A stretch of DNA of 64,000 nt from assembly GCA_030704615.1 (NCBI GenBank), contig CM060732.1, positions 59,086,001 through 59,150,000 of the forward strand. Reading direction: 5' to 3'. Below, piece after piece: positions 12,756 through 25,000 of this stretch. The stretch comes from Takakia lepidozioides. Its lineage: Eukaryota; Plantae; Bryophyta. The translations under genes and the position numbers were made by a program. Positions within the stretch are counted from its first letter, which is position 1. Each line of letters begins with the position of its first letter. A model generated the notes under the pieces. That model was not told the origin of the DNA. It searched no databases and saw only the letters and a list, made by a program, of their open reading frames with translations.

Positions 12756-15201
12756 ATGAAGAGAGTGAGGGGAATGGAGGATATCCGGGTGAAGAGCAAC
12801 CACGATTCTGCAAAACAAACAATTGCTACACCACAGGCAGTGCAGCTGCTGAGGGAATTGCGATTGGAGGGGCTGCTATGCAAGGACTAGTCCTTGCATC
12901 ATTTCTTCAGAACTTTGAGCCGCGGATGGGAGTTACCCAGGTGAGGGGAGTACATATAGAAATTACTCCCCAGTACTTGCAGCAATTGTTCGATTTGCCA
13001 TCGGGTCATGTGGATGTGGATGAGCACAGGGCAAGAATGCAGATAGGGAATTTGTTCCAGAAGGGAGTTATTAAGACTCAAGGTTACGCTTGCACCAAGC
13101 CGAGTATCCAGGGCTGAGAGAAGTTGGCCAAATATTGAACGTTATATTTGCCATGAAACAGAACCAACAATATTTGAGTAGATCATTCACAGAGGAGATA
13201 TTAAAAGCTTTGAGGGGAGAGGATGTAGCTTTGGCAGAGTTAATGTACAATGGTCTAGTGGAAAAGATGAAGAGGTTACAGGGCACTGCTGCTAAGTCTC
13301 CGATCATTGTGTCTGGCCCAGTCATTGCCCAAATTATTCTTGACTCTTGCATATTTGATGCGCGAGAACGTAAGGATGGGAGTGTTTGAGGCAAGCAACC
13401 ACTGCATGGAGGAGCAGGGCTCTTCACATAGTGAGGGTGGACTGGAGGGGGGGCAACCCAGTCCAAGATACAAAGCGGAATATGACTGTAGTGGCAGATC
13501 CACTAGCTTCAAGAAAACCGCAAGATGATGTTTCCATAGCTCCTGTGCAGGATGGGCACATCAACACAGAGGGCCTGTTATTATTGTAAGCACGACCTTT
13601 GGAGAGGGAAGAAGAACTCACTTCCGTACCACAGCCATCGCAGTCAATTGACTCAGTTGTCTTGGAGGTTCCCCAGTTAGTACATGATGTGACACCAGAG
13701 CCTATTGCTCTGGATGGAGAAGGGTTGGACATTCATTCTACAGAGCAGGTCGGGCAGAATTGAAAGGGTGATCTTCTCTATGAAAAACTTTGGGCTTGGT
13801 AACGGAACCAGTGCACCAAAGGTGCAGAGTTTTGTCCGAGGAACTCTCCCCTGCTATGCATGTGGTTTCCAAACCTGTGGCGGAGTTCCGAGGAGTGGAA
13901 TGTAGGGAGCACTGCAGCACCTGTGGTGGAACGGTCGTTCCAAAAAGAGGATCTGGTGGTAACATGGCCTGAATGGTTGGGTTAAACATACCTTGTGGAA
14001 GGCTCAGGGGGGGAGGGAGAACAGTCAACAAGTTCACCATGACGACCCACATCAGGCCATGTTTATGAGTTCCATAAGCAGGACACTCAATTTGTTGGGC
14101 ATTTATGTGAAATCCCATCTTCCATCTACACAATTGGCACTTGAGGAGGAACTCAAGAAGGAGTTTGAGCTAGAATTGCCACCGAGTGTGCAAACAAGGT
14201 AGATGAAGAGGCCAACCTCAAGTTGCAAAAAGAATTGGAGACACAAAGTCTGCCTGCAGTTGGCTAAGGGAGATTTGATTGAAGCAGGTCTCGAGCAGGA
14301 CAAGTTGCATGAAGCACATAAGCAACAGTTATACCAATTGCAGGTGAAGCATGAGGACAAGTCGTAGGAAGTGAACGTGCTATATACAGAGTTGGAGGCA
14401 GTTCATCAGAGAATGGCCATACAATGTGCCACACTAACAACTACTCTAGAGCAAACTGTGTTGGAAGTTAACATACAAGGAGAGAGATTGTATGATGCAG
14501 AACTGAGAATCATAAAGCAAGGGAAACTCATTGTTGATTGAAGGTTACAATATCTCAATGAAAATACTTTCCAACATACAGTCAGGTTGAGGCTGAGAAT
14601 GAGCAGTACATCTGGAGTTCAGCAAGCACTCATGGTCCTAAGAATGAAACTCTTTGTGGCTAGCAAGGCTCGGAAGGAAGCCAATAATTTGGCTACTGCC
14701 TATGCGGCCCTGGTTGAACCTCATGCAAAGTGCATGGAGGCTTTACATCAGCAAATAGATGTATACATACTCACGGAGGAGCAGACTCTCAAGGGTGCCA
14801 CACAGGACTTGGTGGATAATCACCTTATGCATTATGGTTGCACAAGGGCCAGTAGAAGGCAAGGCACCAAGGGAGCTCACTCAGGGAGAGATGAATGATC
14901 TCAGATTCTAGGTGCAGAAACATTGCCACAACTACTATAGACAATGTCTATAGTAGGATAGCGGAGTTACAGTGATGACGTGGAAGCCTGCAGACTCAAG
15001 TGGATGACCTGAGTTCAAATATTGACAAGAGAGTCTTTATTCCTGAGGAGCAGCTGGTGGCTTACTTTTGGCATGATAGGACTCTGATTTTTCAGTCTTC
15101 TTCGCAGGAGGTGCAGGAGTTGCCAGTGGTCCCAATATCACAGCTTCCACAGCAGTTGGCTGTGCAGGTGGCTGACATTGTTGCTACTATGGCAAAGCCA
15201 C
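12756..15201 (+). pseudogene. Degenerate extra 3' ORF of element 1 (Athila-ORF/plant-transposon-protein-like N-terminus, coiled-coil region)
   Basis: Fragmented frames including VRGVHIEITPQYLQQLFDLP and heptad-rich segments at 14100-15100. The distal part is homologous to 44790-45232 (-). Confidence 0.6.
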
Positions 15202-15369
15202 CAAAAATCATTCTACCGATGCATCATGCAAGTGGAAGTTGTCAATGCACAAGGTAGTTCGGCACCGAAATACGTAGTGGACCGTGCCCCAATTACCCAG
15301 AACTCACATCTGCAGAGGTATTTTCGGCGCCACAATATCCCTCGCTGCTTAGCCAAATCATCTAACTGC

Positions 15370-17615
15370 AAATAGGGGGATGCATTGGCAGCAGATTACC
15401 TGAACAGGACACGCATTGCCGCTTTGTCGGCACCCTCCTGCTCTTCGATGTATACGCTGCTTCTTGCTTTGCAATTTCTCTGAAAAGAGGTTTGCGAAGC
15501 GCCCTCGCCAGGGACTGCACGTAGTTCTCCCTTGTCTCAGGCTCGTCCAGTCGATCTGTAACTTGAAAGTGGGTGGTTTGCAATCCAATTGCTCCTGGGC
15601 GTGGGTCAGTACCTCAGCATTGCAGGTTTCAAAACATCATGATTTTGAAATTACGACGATGTCCACACACAGAAGAGGAGGAAATTATACCTGATGCCAC
15701 CAAGTCATCACATTGAGCCAGTCGTTCATTTTGTCGTCTCGTTGGCTCGATGGGAAGTGGTACAGCAGCTTCGTGTTTGTATGGCCGTTCCAGATTCGTC
15801 AGCCACCTCGTCTGAATGGCCCTAACATCGGTCAGACAAGAACTTCATCATGACAATCGCGAGAAGACACAAGACAAGAACAAACACTGCTTACCTTCTT
15901 GCCGGCTCAACACAGGGACACTGCGATGTGATGAAATTTCTCCATGACATTTCCGTTTCATGGGTCTGGAGTAAGCAGTCCTATCTCCGCCAGGAACTCG
16001 GCACCAAGACCAGGGTCAGCTTGCAACTTGCTTAACAATTTGGACCTGTACTTGTCCGTGATTGCCTCCCTGCTCCCTGGCACAATGTGACTCTTTATCG
16101 ACGCGTCCGTCTTGTTGGGAGCATCATTCTCAAAGAACTGCCTTTTGGCATAGGCCAAGTCATCCCTGATGTTCGTCTGCATTCCCATACCCAGCGGATA
16201 CAGTCAGGCCACGGATCCCTACAACAAATAGCATTAAATCGGGAAATTTGAGATGAACCTCACCGAATAGAGGATCTCCACCATGGCGTCCAGTGTTGGA
16301 CGGTACCAGGTGTGATCTGCTTTCGTAAGGGACTTCCTGTACAGCTCGGGATCGAGGGATTTTTGGAAGTCCGTCAGCGGTGCTGTTCCCACTTCTTGCA
16401 CTCTGTAGAGCGTATGTGCCAGATGAGTTTCCACGAAGACCCTCTCTGTTACCCTGCCATGGAGAAAAAAAAAAACAACATGAAAATATGATTTCGGCAC
16501 AGCAATCCAATTTCCAGTTCATAGAGTGCATGACAATCAAGAACATTGTCTATTTCGGCGCCGCAATAGGCAGTACACAAGGATGTAGTTTTGTATACTT
16601 ACAGATTTATATCCGCCATGGCACCCTTCAGCAGTCCTTGTCCCTGACGTCCACCTTCACGACAATGCAGTCCACCATTATAATGCCAACTGATATCTTG
16701 CGGATGCATTTCAGCAATGTACTCTGTCCAGGCAAGCATCCTGTGGTTTCCGTCCCAAATGAAGAACATCTTCCCTTCCATGTGTGCGAATGTGGGATTA
16801 GTCTTCAAAGAGGCTTCAAACTCGACATTTACAGTGTGCCAGTGGGGGCTCCAATTCTGAAGCTCCTCTGCAGTGGGGCCCCTTGTGACACCCCTGGTCA
16901 TTCTCAATGGAAACGTAGAATGCTGCCGACCCCCGTCTATACCCCTCTCTGAAGTTGTGCTTCAGTCGATCGATTGTCCCCTGGCAGTGCTTGCCTTACA
17001 ACTGGAAGGCTAAACCATACGACACAAAGAAACTTTGAGGTTCTCCGGATACACCATGGAGCCCAAAATGTGGCCTATGTTGCTATGAGTCTCTGTCAGC
17101 AACCTGTTTGCTGCTATGTTCATGTCTCGTGCGCTCATGAGCATACCCGCCACTAGTTTCTTACTTCTATCACCTCTCTCACTTCCCTCACCCCTCTCAC
17201 CAGCCTGTCTACTGTCCTGAAGGTTTTGCTCCTCCGCAAGCTCCAACAGGTTCTGATCGTCGTAAAGTCGCACCACGTTGTCGTCCTCTGCTTCTGTCAG
17301 CTGAATGGGCCGCCCTTCTGCAGATCGACTCCGACATCTCCAGCGGCCTCCACCCCATCCGTGTTTTCTGAAACTGCCCTGCAAACCCAATATCTCCGCT
17401 TCCAGTCTCCCTGTTTTTACTGGCGAAGCCATGGCTCCTTCTGCTTCCTCGCTTCCGAACTCTAGGTGGGCTTTTCTGAGGCGATATCTGAGGTGTTGAA
17501 TGAGGACTCGCCTGCCTCGATGCACTTCCACCTTGCAAGCGCAACACCTGAGCAGGAGTATCCAAAGTTGACTGTGTTGCCTCGCCCCCCTGCGATCCCT
17601 CCCCAGCTCCCATGT
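15370..17615 (-). pseudogene. Multi-exon, frameshifted gene with a ParB/Sulfiredoxin-like domain (DGNHR motif)
   Basis: Reconstructed reading: LKVSLCRMV..VVRQALPGD.DRLKHNFREGY..AFYVSIEND..NWSPHWHTVNVEFEASLK..GKMFFIWDGNHRMLAW..AMADIN / VTERVFVETHLAHTLYRVQEVG..WYRPTLDAMVEILYS. Separated by GT-AG introns at about 16455-16601, 16220-16263 and 15840-15894. Confidence 0.6.
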
Positions 17616-18115
17616 CAAACAAACAGGAAAACATGAGACACTGCAGCCCAAAAAAAAGGTGTAAAAGGAATAGTGCGTATGGAGTGCTTCACATCCGCGA
17701 AGCACGAATCTCTCACGGTGGGCGATCCGAGTCTCCGGATAACGAGGTCTGCATTTTCTGCATGAGACGGAGCTTAAGTCGTGTCGTCGGCGGCTTCCCA
17801 AATCCCGCGTCCTCCTCTTTGCCGGAGTCGCCTGACCTTCCACAAACTCTATGCTATCACTATGCTGCATAAGGAGAGGAAACGCAGGAGAATGTCACTG
17901 CAGAAAGGCAAGGAGCGAGAGAGCGAAGCGGTGGAACATGCAACCACTATGCACGAGCAGATGCGTAAGCAGCCACGTCTCCGGAAGCGTTGCCACCGTC
18001 CACCACTTTCTGCCGTATGGGTGATGAAGAGATTGCAACCCTTGACACGTTCGCACGGATGAAGTCGACTGGAACACGACGCGTGCCTGTTTAAGCCACC
18101 AGTACAAGACGCTTT

Positions 18116-19800
18116 ATCCGAATTGCGGCACCGAAATACCGTTTTGTTCACCGGATGCTGTTCCCGGAGCAGCCGACATTGAATGAAATATCCGCACATC
18201 ACGAAACCCAACCGCCATGAAAATCCCCTGCCTATGACATTCAACAGTCAGGTCGTAACGTTTCATTAGCGGACGGATGAATTTCGGCGCCGAAATTCAT
18301 CATATTCAAGTGCTTTTATGCACAAACTTATGAATTTCGGCGCCGCAATTCATCGCTTCCCCAGTCCTCATCCATCATGAGCAAACCTGTCAGTCGGATA
18401 TCGGAGCCGGAATTAATTCCGGGATAGTGGAGACGGCTGCACCTGGGCACATTTCATCCATATTTCGGCGCCGAAATTCATTACGAATATCTCCGTCCGC
18501 GCGTAGACGAGGTGAAATCATCCATATTTCGGCGCCAAAATTCATCCAGCGCGAAGACTAAATCGGCACCATGCTACGCTTTGCCGCCATCATTGCCCCT
18601 CACGGATGCTGTCCATGCCTGTTGGACTTGCCATGTCTGGACATTTAACTATAATTTCGGCGCCGAAATTATACTTTATGTGCGGCAACGTCCCGTGCGA
18701 AAAAAAACCACTTAATGGATACTGTCAGTTTCAAATGAAAACAACGGCTAAAATGCAATTAATTTTCCCCCAACATGAAAAAATATCCCCTTTCGACATT
18801 GGATAACGGCCTTCTGTAAGACAAAAGGGGTTGAATGTGCCGATTTCTCCATTAAATGCAGAATATTCGTGTTATCTTCGTCGGATTGGATTATCTCCAA
18901 CGAATTTCGGAACATTGCATCATCCAGAAGCAAGAAGTAAGTGTCGGGTTTGGACGAATTTTGGCGCCGAAATTCATCCGTCGCATAAAAAATGTAATAT
19001 TACAGTTACTCATTGCGGACAGTAAGGATGAATTTCGGCGCCGAAATTCATCCATTTCAAAGAGAAATAAATATTGGAGGGAGGACATTGGATGAATTTC
19101 GGCGCCGAAATCCAGCGCTCAAACCCTTAAAAGAATTTGGAGGGATGACTTCGGATGAATTTCGGCGCCGAAATTCATTGCTCGCGAAGAAAAAAGAAAA
19201 TTAGAAAGGAGGACTTGGATGAATTTCGGCGCCGAAATTCATTGCTCGCGAAGAAAAAAGAAAATTAGAAGGGAGGTCTTGGATGAAATTTGGTGCCGAA
19301 ATTCATCTGTCGCAAGGAAAAAGAAAAAGAAGGGAGGACTTCGGATGAATTTCGGCGCCGAAATCCATCCGCAGAACAGCAGAATTAGAGTCGGAAAAGG
19401 AAAAGAATAATGAATTTCGGCTTCAAAATTCATCCATTCTGCCTATTCAGGATTAGTGTCATTCGGATGTGGGCACCGAAATCCGGACACGTGGTGAATC
19501 ACGATTGTAATCACGAACACATTCATCCGTATTTCGGCATCCAAATTCAATCCTTACGTGCAGAAACAATTTCATGAAGAAGATGTTCATCCGAATTTCG
19601 GCACCGAAATCCATCCGTTGGGTGCTTGCTCAGTTTCATTCGGTGAACAAATTACGATTTCTGTCGTCGGAATTCATCCTCTGGCTTCCAAATCTGTTAC
19701 ATGACAGAGATGTTCATCCAGATTTCGGTGCTGAAATTCATGGGAAGGCCTTATTTATTGTAGCCCAAGTGGTGGTACATCACAATTCAAGCACCAAATA
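18116..19800. repeat. Phased array of ~20 palindromic motifs (consensus GATGAATTTCGGCGCCGAAATTCATC) with variable-sequence spacers
   Basis: Perfect 26-bp palindrome at 18276-18301. Central hexamers start at 18286, 18339, 18403, 18467, 18531, 18659, 18909, 18963, 19037, 19101, 19164, 19228, 19292, 19354, 19419, 19472, 19536, 19600, 19663, 19727 and 19790. Confidence 0.92.
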
Positions 19801-19913
19801 TCCGATGTAAACTTGCTGTTTTCGTCCGTTTTTGTAACGTACGTTACACACCTTCATCCATACGTGCACTGATCACCCATCCTGTTGGATACAGAATCCT
19901 CCAGAAAATCATT

Positions 19914-22092
19914 GTGGTATTAGGTAGGACACACTCTTCTCATTGCAGGACTTCGCTGCGGAGCGTACCGAGAGGTCCCGTCTTCAACCTGGACTCCCGT
20001 GTTTGGGTAAACGCGTACTTCCATCCTGATTCTCTGAAAGCTAAAATACCCTGCGACCAAGGATTTGCGATTGTCACTGAGCAGTACTTGTGTGTGAAGT
20101 TCGGGCTCCGCCCTGGAACGGTGTTTTTGGAAGAGGAGACGAAGGATGCTTACGGAAATTTTCTGGAAAGTGCCGTCATTCTGCATGCAGATTTCGGAAA
20201 AGGCAAACAGTGGCGGCTCCCAGCTTCTGAATCCATCCGGTACAGTGCAATTGGTGAAATCGTGCCTAAAAAGTTCCCACGCTGGAACTTGGTTGATCCT
20301 CCTTCCACAAGAGGGTCTGGCATGCAAGATGTGAAGTCTGCCATGAAGGATGTGGGCACCTCTTCACAAGCAGAGAAGCCCAAACATGTGAAAAGGGAAA
20401 TCCAGGAAAACAGGGAAACAGTCGTCCACGACTAATCCAGTGACGATGAAGACTGTATGGTCCTTCCATCGTATGTTTCGAAGTCGTCCGTCACTAGGAG
20501 TGTTCAGAAGTCGGCAAACAATGAGCACACACCCTCCGACTCAACTTCCATCCGCTCAATAATCGAAATATTGCGGAGGATGAAGACAACGGGTTCCCGC
20601 TCCAGTGACTTTCTTAGGCTTGATTACGACAAAACTCCAATCCATTCTGTGGAAACTTTGCCTGATGTTGTGGATGGGAATGCTATCTACGAGTTCCCTC
20701 CAGTGCCGGCAGGCGCAGGCCCAGACGATATGCTGGCAGGAATGAACAGGAAACATGACGGCCACCCTTGGTGTGTCACCAAAACTTCATCGTCCAACCT
20801 GGGTGATGGAGTTCGAGTGAGATATGTATTGTGTGCTGGGCATCTTAAATGTTTCTTGAGCACATGTTACCATTACACTAGCAAAGGCACCAGGAATGAG
20901 ACTGACTGGATTGGCAATTCGTCGACCCCGTTTTGGCCTCAAGGTAGAGTTCCTGCAGGGACGTGCAAGTGTGCCCATTGCAACGCAGCCCCTACGTGCA
21001 TGGTAGTGTGCAACGCCAAGCAGTACTACGTCGGGACCGTCGGCCCAGCGTGCACCAGAGCATGCATTCACATCGGAAAGCATGACCACCCCGTCGGCAG
21101 AGGCAATTGCAGAGTCGCTTTTCAACAAGCCCAGAATATTATCAAGGAGGAGGTGAGGTTTAGGCCGGGAGCAAAACCAAAGCAGATACAGCTCGCATCC
21201 GCACATAGAATTGCAATTGGCAGAATAATGTCGGAGGACGGAAGCACAAGAGAGAAGCTGGGCAAGGGGGACATGAAGGACCTGATGGAAGCTGTCTCCC
21301 ATGTGTGCAGCCCCAATGTCAGGAACCACATTGTCGGCTGCAAGAAACGAATCGGAAGAGGATCAGACATGCACTCCATCTTGGAAGTGAAGTGCACATG
21401 CGGCTACGACTTCATCCAAGGCAGCTTCTTTCCTGGTCAAGGCTCAGAGACGGACAGGTGCTTCATATTTAAGATGTCAACGTGCGGACCGGGGAGCGGC
21501 GTCAATTTGGTGAAGCGGATGACCAGTGGAGACCTCTCAAATTGCTGGGTCATGTTCGACCACATCTGGCGAATTACCAACCACGATTGGGTGACAATGG
21601 GGGCACATGTATACGACCCACATTGCAGAAAGTTGATGACCATTGCTATCTGCGAAATGAAAGGAGAAGACACAGATTCGGAGTTGAATATGTGGCGCGG
21701 AATTAATGAACAAATGGCGAGAGCGAAGTTGCCCCCTCCCGATTTTAGGGGCTTCATGGCTGACAATGCCCAGGCGAACTGGGCTGCAGTTAGGAGGGTA
21801 TATGGGGATGACCCAAAGACTCCAATGGAAGGTAAGGAGAGATCTTGTGGGTTCCACTTCATGCAGAGTTTGACGCAAAACACGAAAAGGTTCGTGGCGT
21901 CACGCCACCGGCAGGATCATATCAGTATGTGCCTTGCGTGGAAAAATGCGAATTCCATCGACGAGGCGAAGACCAAGTTTGCAACCATACGCGCCTGGTG
22001 GGTGTCTTTAGGGGCAATGGATGTGAAAGATCAGCCAGAACTGCAAACATGGCTTGCGTGGTGGCACTATAGATTCCGCCAGTTTGGAGAAG
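19914..22092 (+). pseudogene. MULE-type DDE transposase with a GCM/WRKY-like zinc-binding domain; one in-frame stop, C-terminus truncated
   Basis: ORFs 19914-20435 and 20457-22103 share one frame across a TAA. The Cys/His-rich domain ends ...CIHIGKHDHP. The catalytic core is WVMFDH...GFMADNAQAN...SCGFHFMQSL (D...D, CxxH). It is cut at 22093 by the inverted-duplication breakpoint. Confidence 0.75.
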
Positions 22093-25000
22093 GAAGCAAG
22101 TAGTGCCTCCATATCTTCAGTGCGTGAATCATAGCCAAAAGTTCTTTTTCATGAACAGGATAATTCTGTTTAGCTGGACTGAGCTTTCTGGACTCATAGG
22201 CAATAACCTGACAACTTTGCATCAATACTGCTCCAATAGCGAGGTCACTCGCATCAGTGCAAAGCACTATCTCATTCTTGGTAGGATCAATTAGCTTCAA
22301 GACTGGAGCGTGAGTCAATGCAAACTTTAGCTTGTCAAAGCTAACATCACAATCTGGAGTCCAAGCTTCATTCCAATCTTTAGAAGTGGAGTTCTTTAGT
22401 AGATCAGTCATCGGGGTTGCAATGCGAGAGAATGATTTGACAAACTTTTGCAGAAAGCTAGCAAACCCAACAAAGCTTCTGACTTCTGTTTTATCTGTGG
22501 GTTTGGGCCATTCGGCCACAGCCTGAATCTTCTTTGAATCAATGGACACCCCCATCCTTTGAGATATGAAATCCCAAATAGTCCATATGATCTACAAAGA
22601 ACTCACATTTACGTTTCTTTGCAAACAGATGATTCTGCCTTAAGATATCCAAGACCATTCTCAAATGTTGTTCATGCTCTTCTTCTATTTTAGAAATATC
22701 AGGATGTCATCCATAAAGACAAGAACCATCTTGCCAAGGTATTTTCAAAACAGAGAGTTCATCAAGTGCATGAACGTAGCTGGAGCATTGGTAAGTCCAA
22801 ATGACATTACCGCATATTCATAATGGCCAAAGCGTGATCGGAATCCAGTATTAGGAATATCTGCATCCTTTAATTCGTATCTGGTGGTAACCTGATAGCA
22901 GATCAAGTTTGGAAAAGACCTTACTCGCATATAGGTGATCAAAGATATCATCAATGCGTGGAAGTGGGTATTTATTCTTGATTGTCATTTTATTTATTCA
23001 CCTATAGTCCACACACAGTCTTAACCCACCATCTTTTTTCTTTCTGAACATGACTGGAGCGCCCCAAGGGGATTTGCTAGCCCGAATATACCCCTTCTCA
23101 AGTAAGTCACTCAATTGTTTTTCAAGTTCTTCAGTTTCTGCAATTGAGTGCCGATAGAGTGCTCGTGCAAATGGTATTGAATCGGCCACCAATTCGATGG
23201 CATGATCAATATCACGTACAGGAGGCATTCCAGGGATTTCCTCAGGAAACATATCCCGATAATCATTCAGAATTGCTTCTGTTCTGACATGTACTCATGT
23301 ACTTTTAATATCTAATCCAGACAGACTTTCATGCACGCTCAGGGCAAAAATCTGACCACTTCCCTTATGCGCACACCTTTTCATCTGAACAGCAGACATC
23401 AGAGGAACATTGGGGAGGGCTCGAGTACCTTTTAATTCAAAGGTTTTGCCAAAGGGCAAGGTACCGCTCACCAACCCACGTTTGCAAGCCACCATCGCAT
23501 CCACAGTGTCAAGCCATTGCATCCCCAAAATGCAGTCGTAGCAAGCGCCGTTCCAGACTTCAAAATTTGCCTTCGTGTGCACCCCTTGCATGACAACTGG
23601 CACAGCTGAAAGATGTTGTTGTGTGGTCTCCACCCCACCATTTGGTAGCATAATCTGAGATGGCTGCACCTCCTCCTGAGACAATCCCAACTTGTCTGCA
23701 AAGGACTTTGACAACATGTTATGGGTGCTGCTAGTGTCAATCAACAACATTGTTGTTTTCCCCGCCAACTGTCCCTGAACTCGAATAACATTGTGGTTGT
23801 AGGCCACTACACCATCGACAACTGCAGCTGACACCCTCATATTGGGACCCTTTCCAGTGGCCGATCCTAAACAATTTCCGAGGTCTGTAATGGTTACGGT
23901 TCTTCCACTACCAAGGCTGTAGTCTGTCGGAATTGGCGTTCAGGACAATCTGCTGACCGATGGCCGAGCTTGTGACAATTGAAACAGAGCCCCTTCCTAA
24001 GATGTTCTTCCTGTTCCCTGGGACTTAGGCGCGGTGGATTTCCAATAGTTGGTTTCTGTCGTCTCTGATTGTCGTTGTTCTTGTAGGGTTTGAACCTCTT
24101 CCAATTTCCCTTCCTTGCTGGGGTGATCTTGGGAGAAAATGTCATCTTCTCCTTATTTTCCCCTGCACGAGCCGAGTATGCCACTCGCTGTGCCTTGATT
24201 TCACATTCAAAATTGCAAGCCAATCTATAGGCTTCAACCTTAGTGCGGGGATTGTGGGCTTTGACCTTATATTTCAAAGAGTCATTTAGGCCATCCACAA
24301 AAAAATCCACCCTGTCATCTTCACTGAGAGTTGGAAAATAGCTGGCATGCATTTCAAATTTGGTCTTGAACTCCACCACATTAGAACTTTCATGTTTCAG
24401 GGTGAAGAGTTCAACCTTCATCTTATGAGCGTAATCTCCAAGGAGATAGTGGGCCAGAAACACTGATCGAAACTTCTCCCAAGTATCAATTGGGGGTTTG
24501 CCATGTTCACGGGGTTCCTTTTTGTGACAAGACCACCACAATTTTGCTGCATCCCGAAGTTGTAGGGTTGTCGTTCTAATTTTTTCTTCTTCAGGATAAT
24601 CCTCTTCAAAGAATTCCTCGAGTGTTTCTAGGAACGACAAAATCTCTTCTGGCTTGGCAGAAGTCTTACCCACAACGGCAGCTTCACCATTCGTTTGATC
24701 TCGCGAGTTACATCTTTGTTTCTCTTGGCTCTGAACTCCAAGGAGCTAGCGTCGAATTGTGATTCGGCCTAGATTTGCAATTCGTCATGTGAAGCCCCTA
24801 AGGTTCTTTTCGCACTCGATTTCTCTTTTGCTGGTTGAAGTTTCTGGACTTCAGATCGAATGAGTGCACCTAGGGCTTCTATCTGTGCATTTCAGAAAAG
24901 CTAACCTTGGCGATCTTCCTTACGCCGAGAGTTACGAGCATCTGAAGGGTTCCATCTCTTCTGAGTTGTCGTACGAGTTGCGCCGCACGTTACTCTCCGA

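Larger units (their letters stand above)
4432..15201 (+). mobile_element. Ty3/gypsy LTR retrotransposon, non-chromovirus (Athila/Tat-like), degenerate, 3'-truncated
   Basis: 5' LTR (TG...CA), PBS, then gag-PR-RT-RH-INT order and an extra 3' ORF. Homology to the second copy stops abruptly at about 15201 and no 3' LTR follows. Confidence 0.9.
15202..22092. mobile_element. Internal fragment of a Mutator-like DNA transposon carrying a ParB-like gene, a palindrome array and a transposase; both ends lost
   Basis: Two divergent genes linked by a shared palindromic motif found from 15261 to 19795. Both boundaries are abrupt junctions to unrelated LTR-element interiors. Confidence 0.65.

Noticed and set aside
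18276-19800. CRISPR array (26-bp palindromic repeats with ~38-bp spacers)
   Set aside because: The context is eukaryotic with spliced genes and no cas genes. The repeats are degenerate throughout, are loop-less full palindromes, and also occur in introns; some spacers are tandem duplicates. It fits protein-binding sites better, though small-RNA data would be a cheap check.
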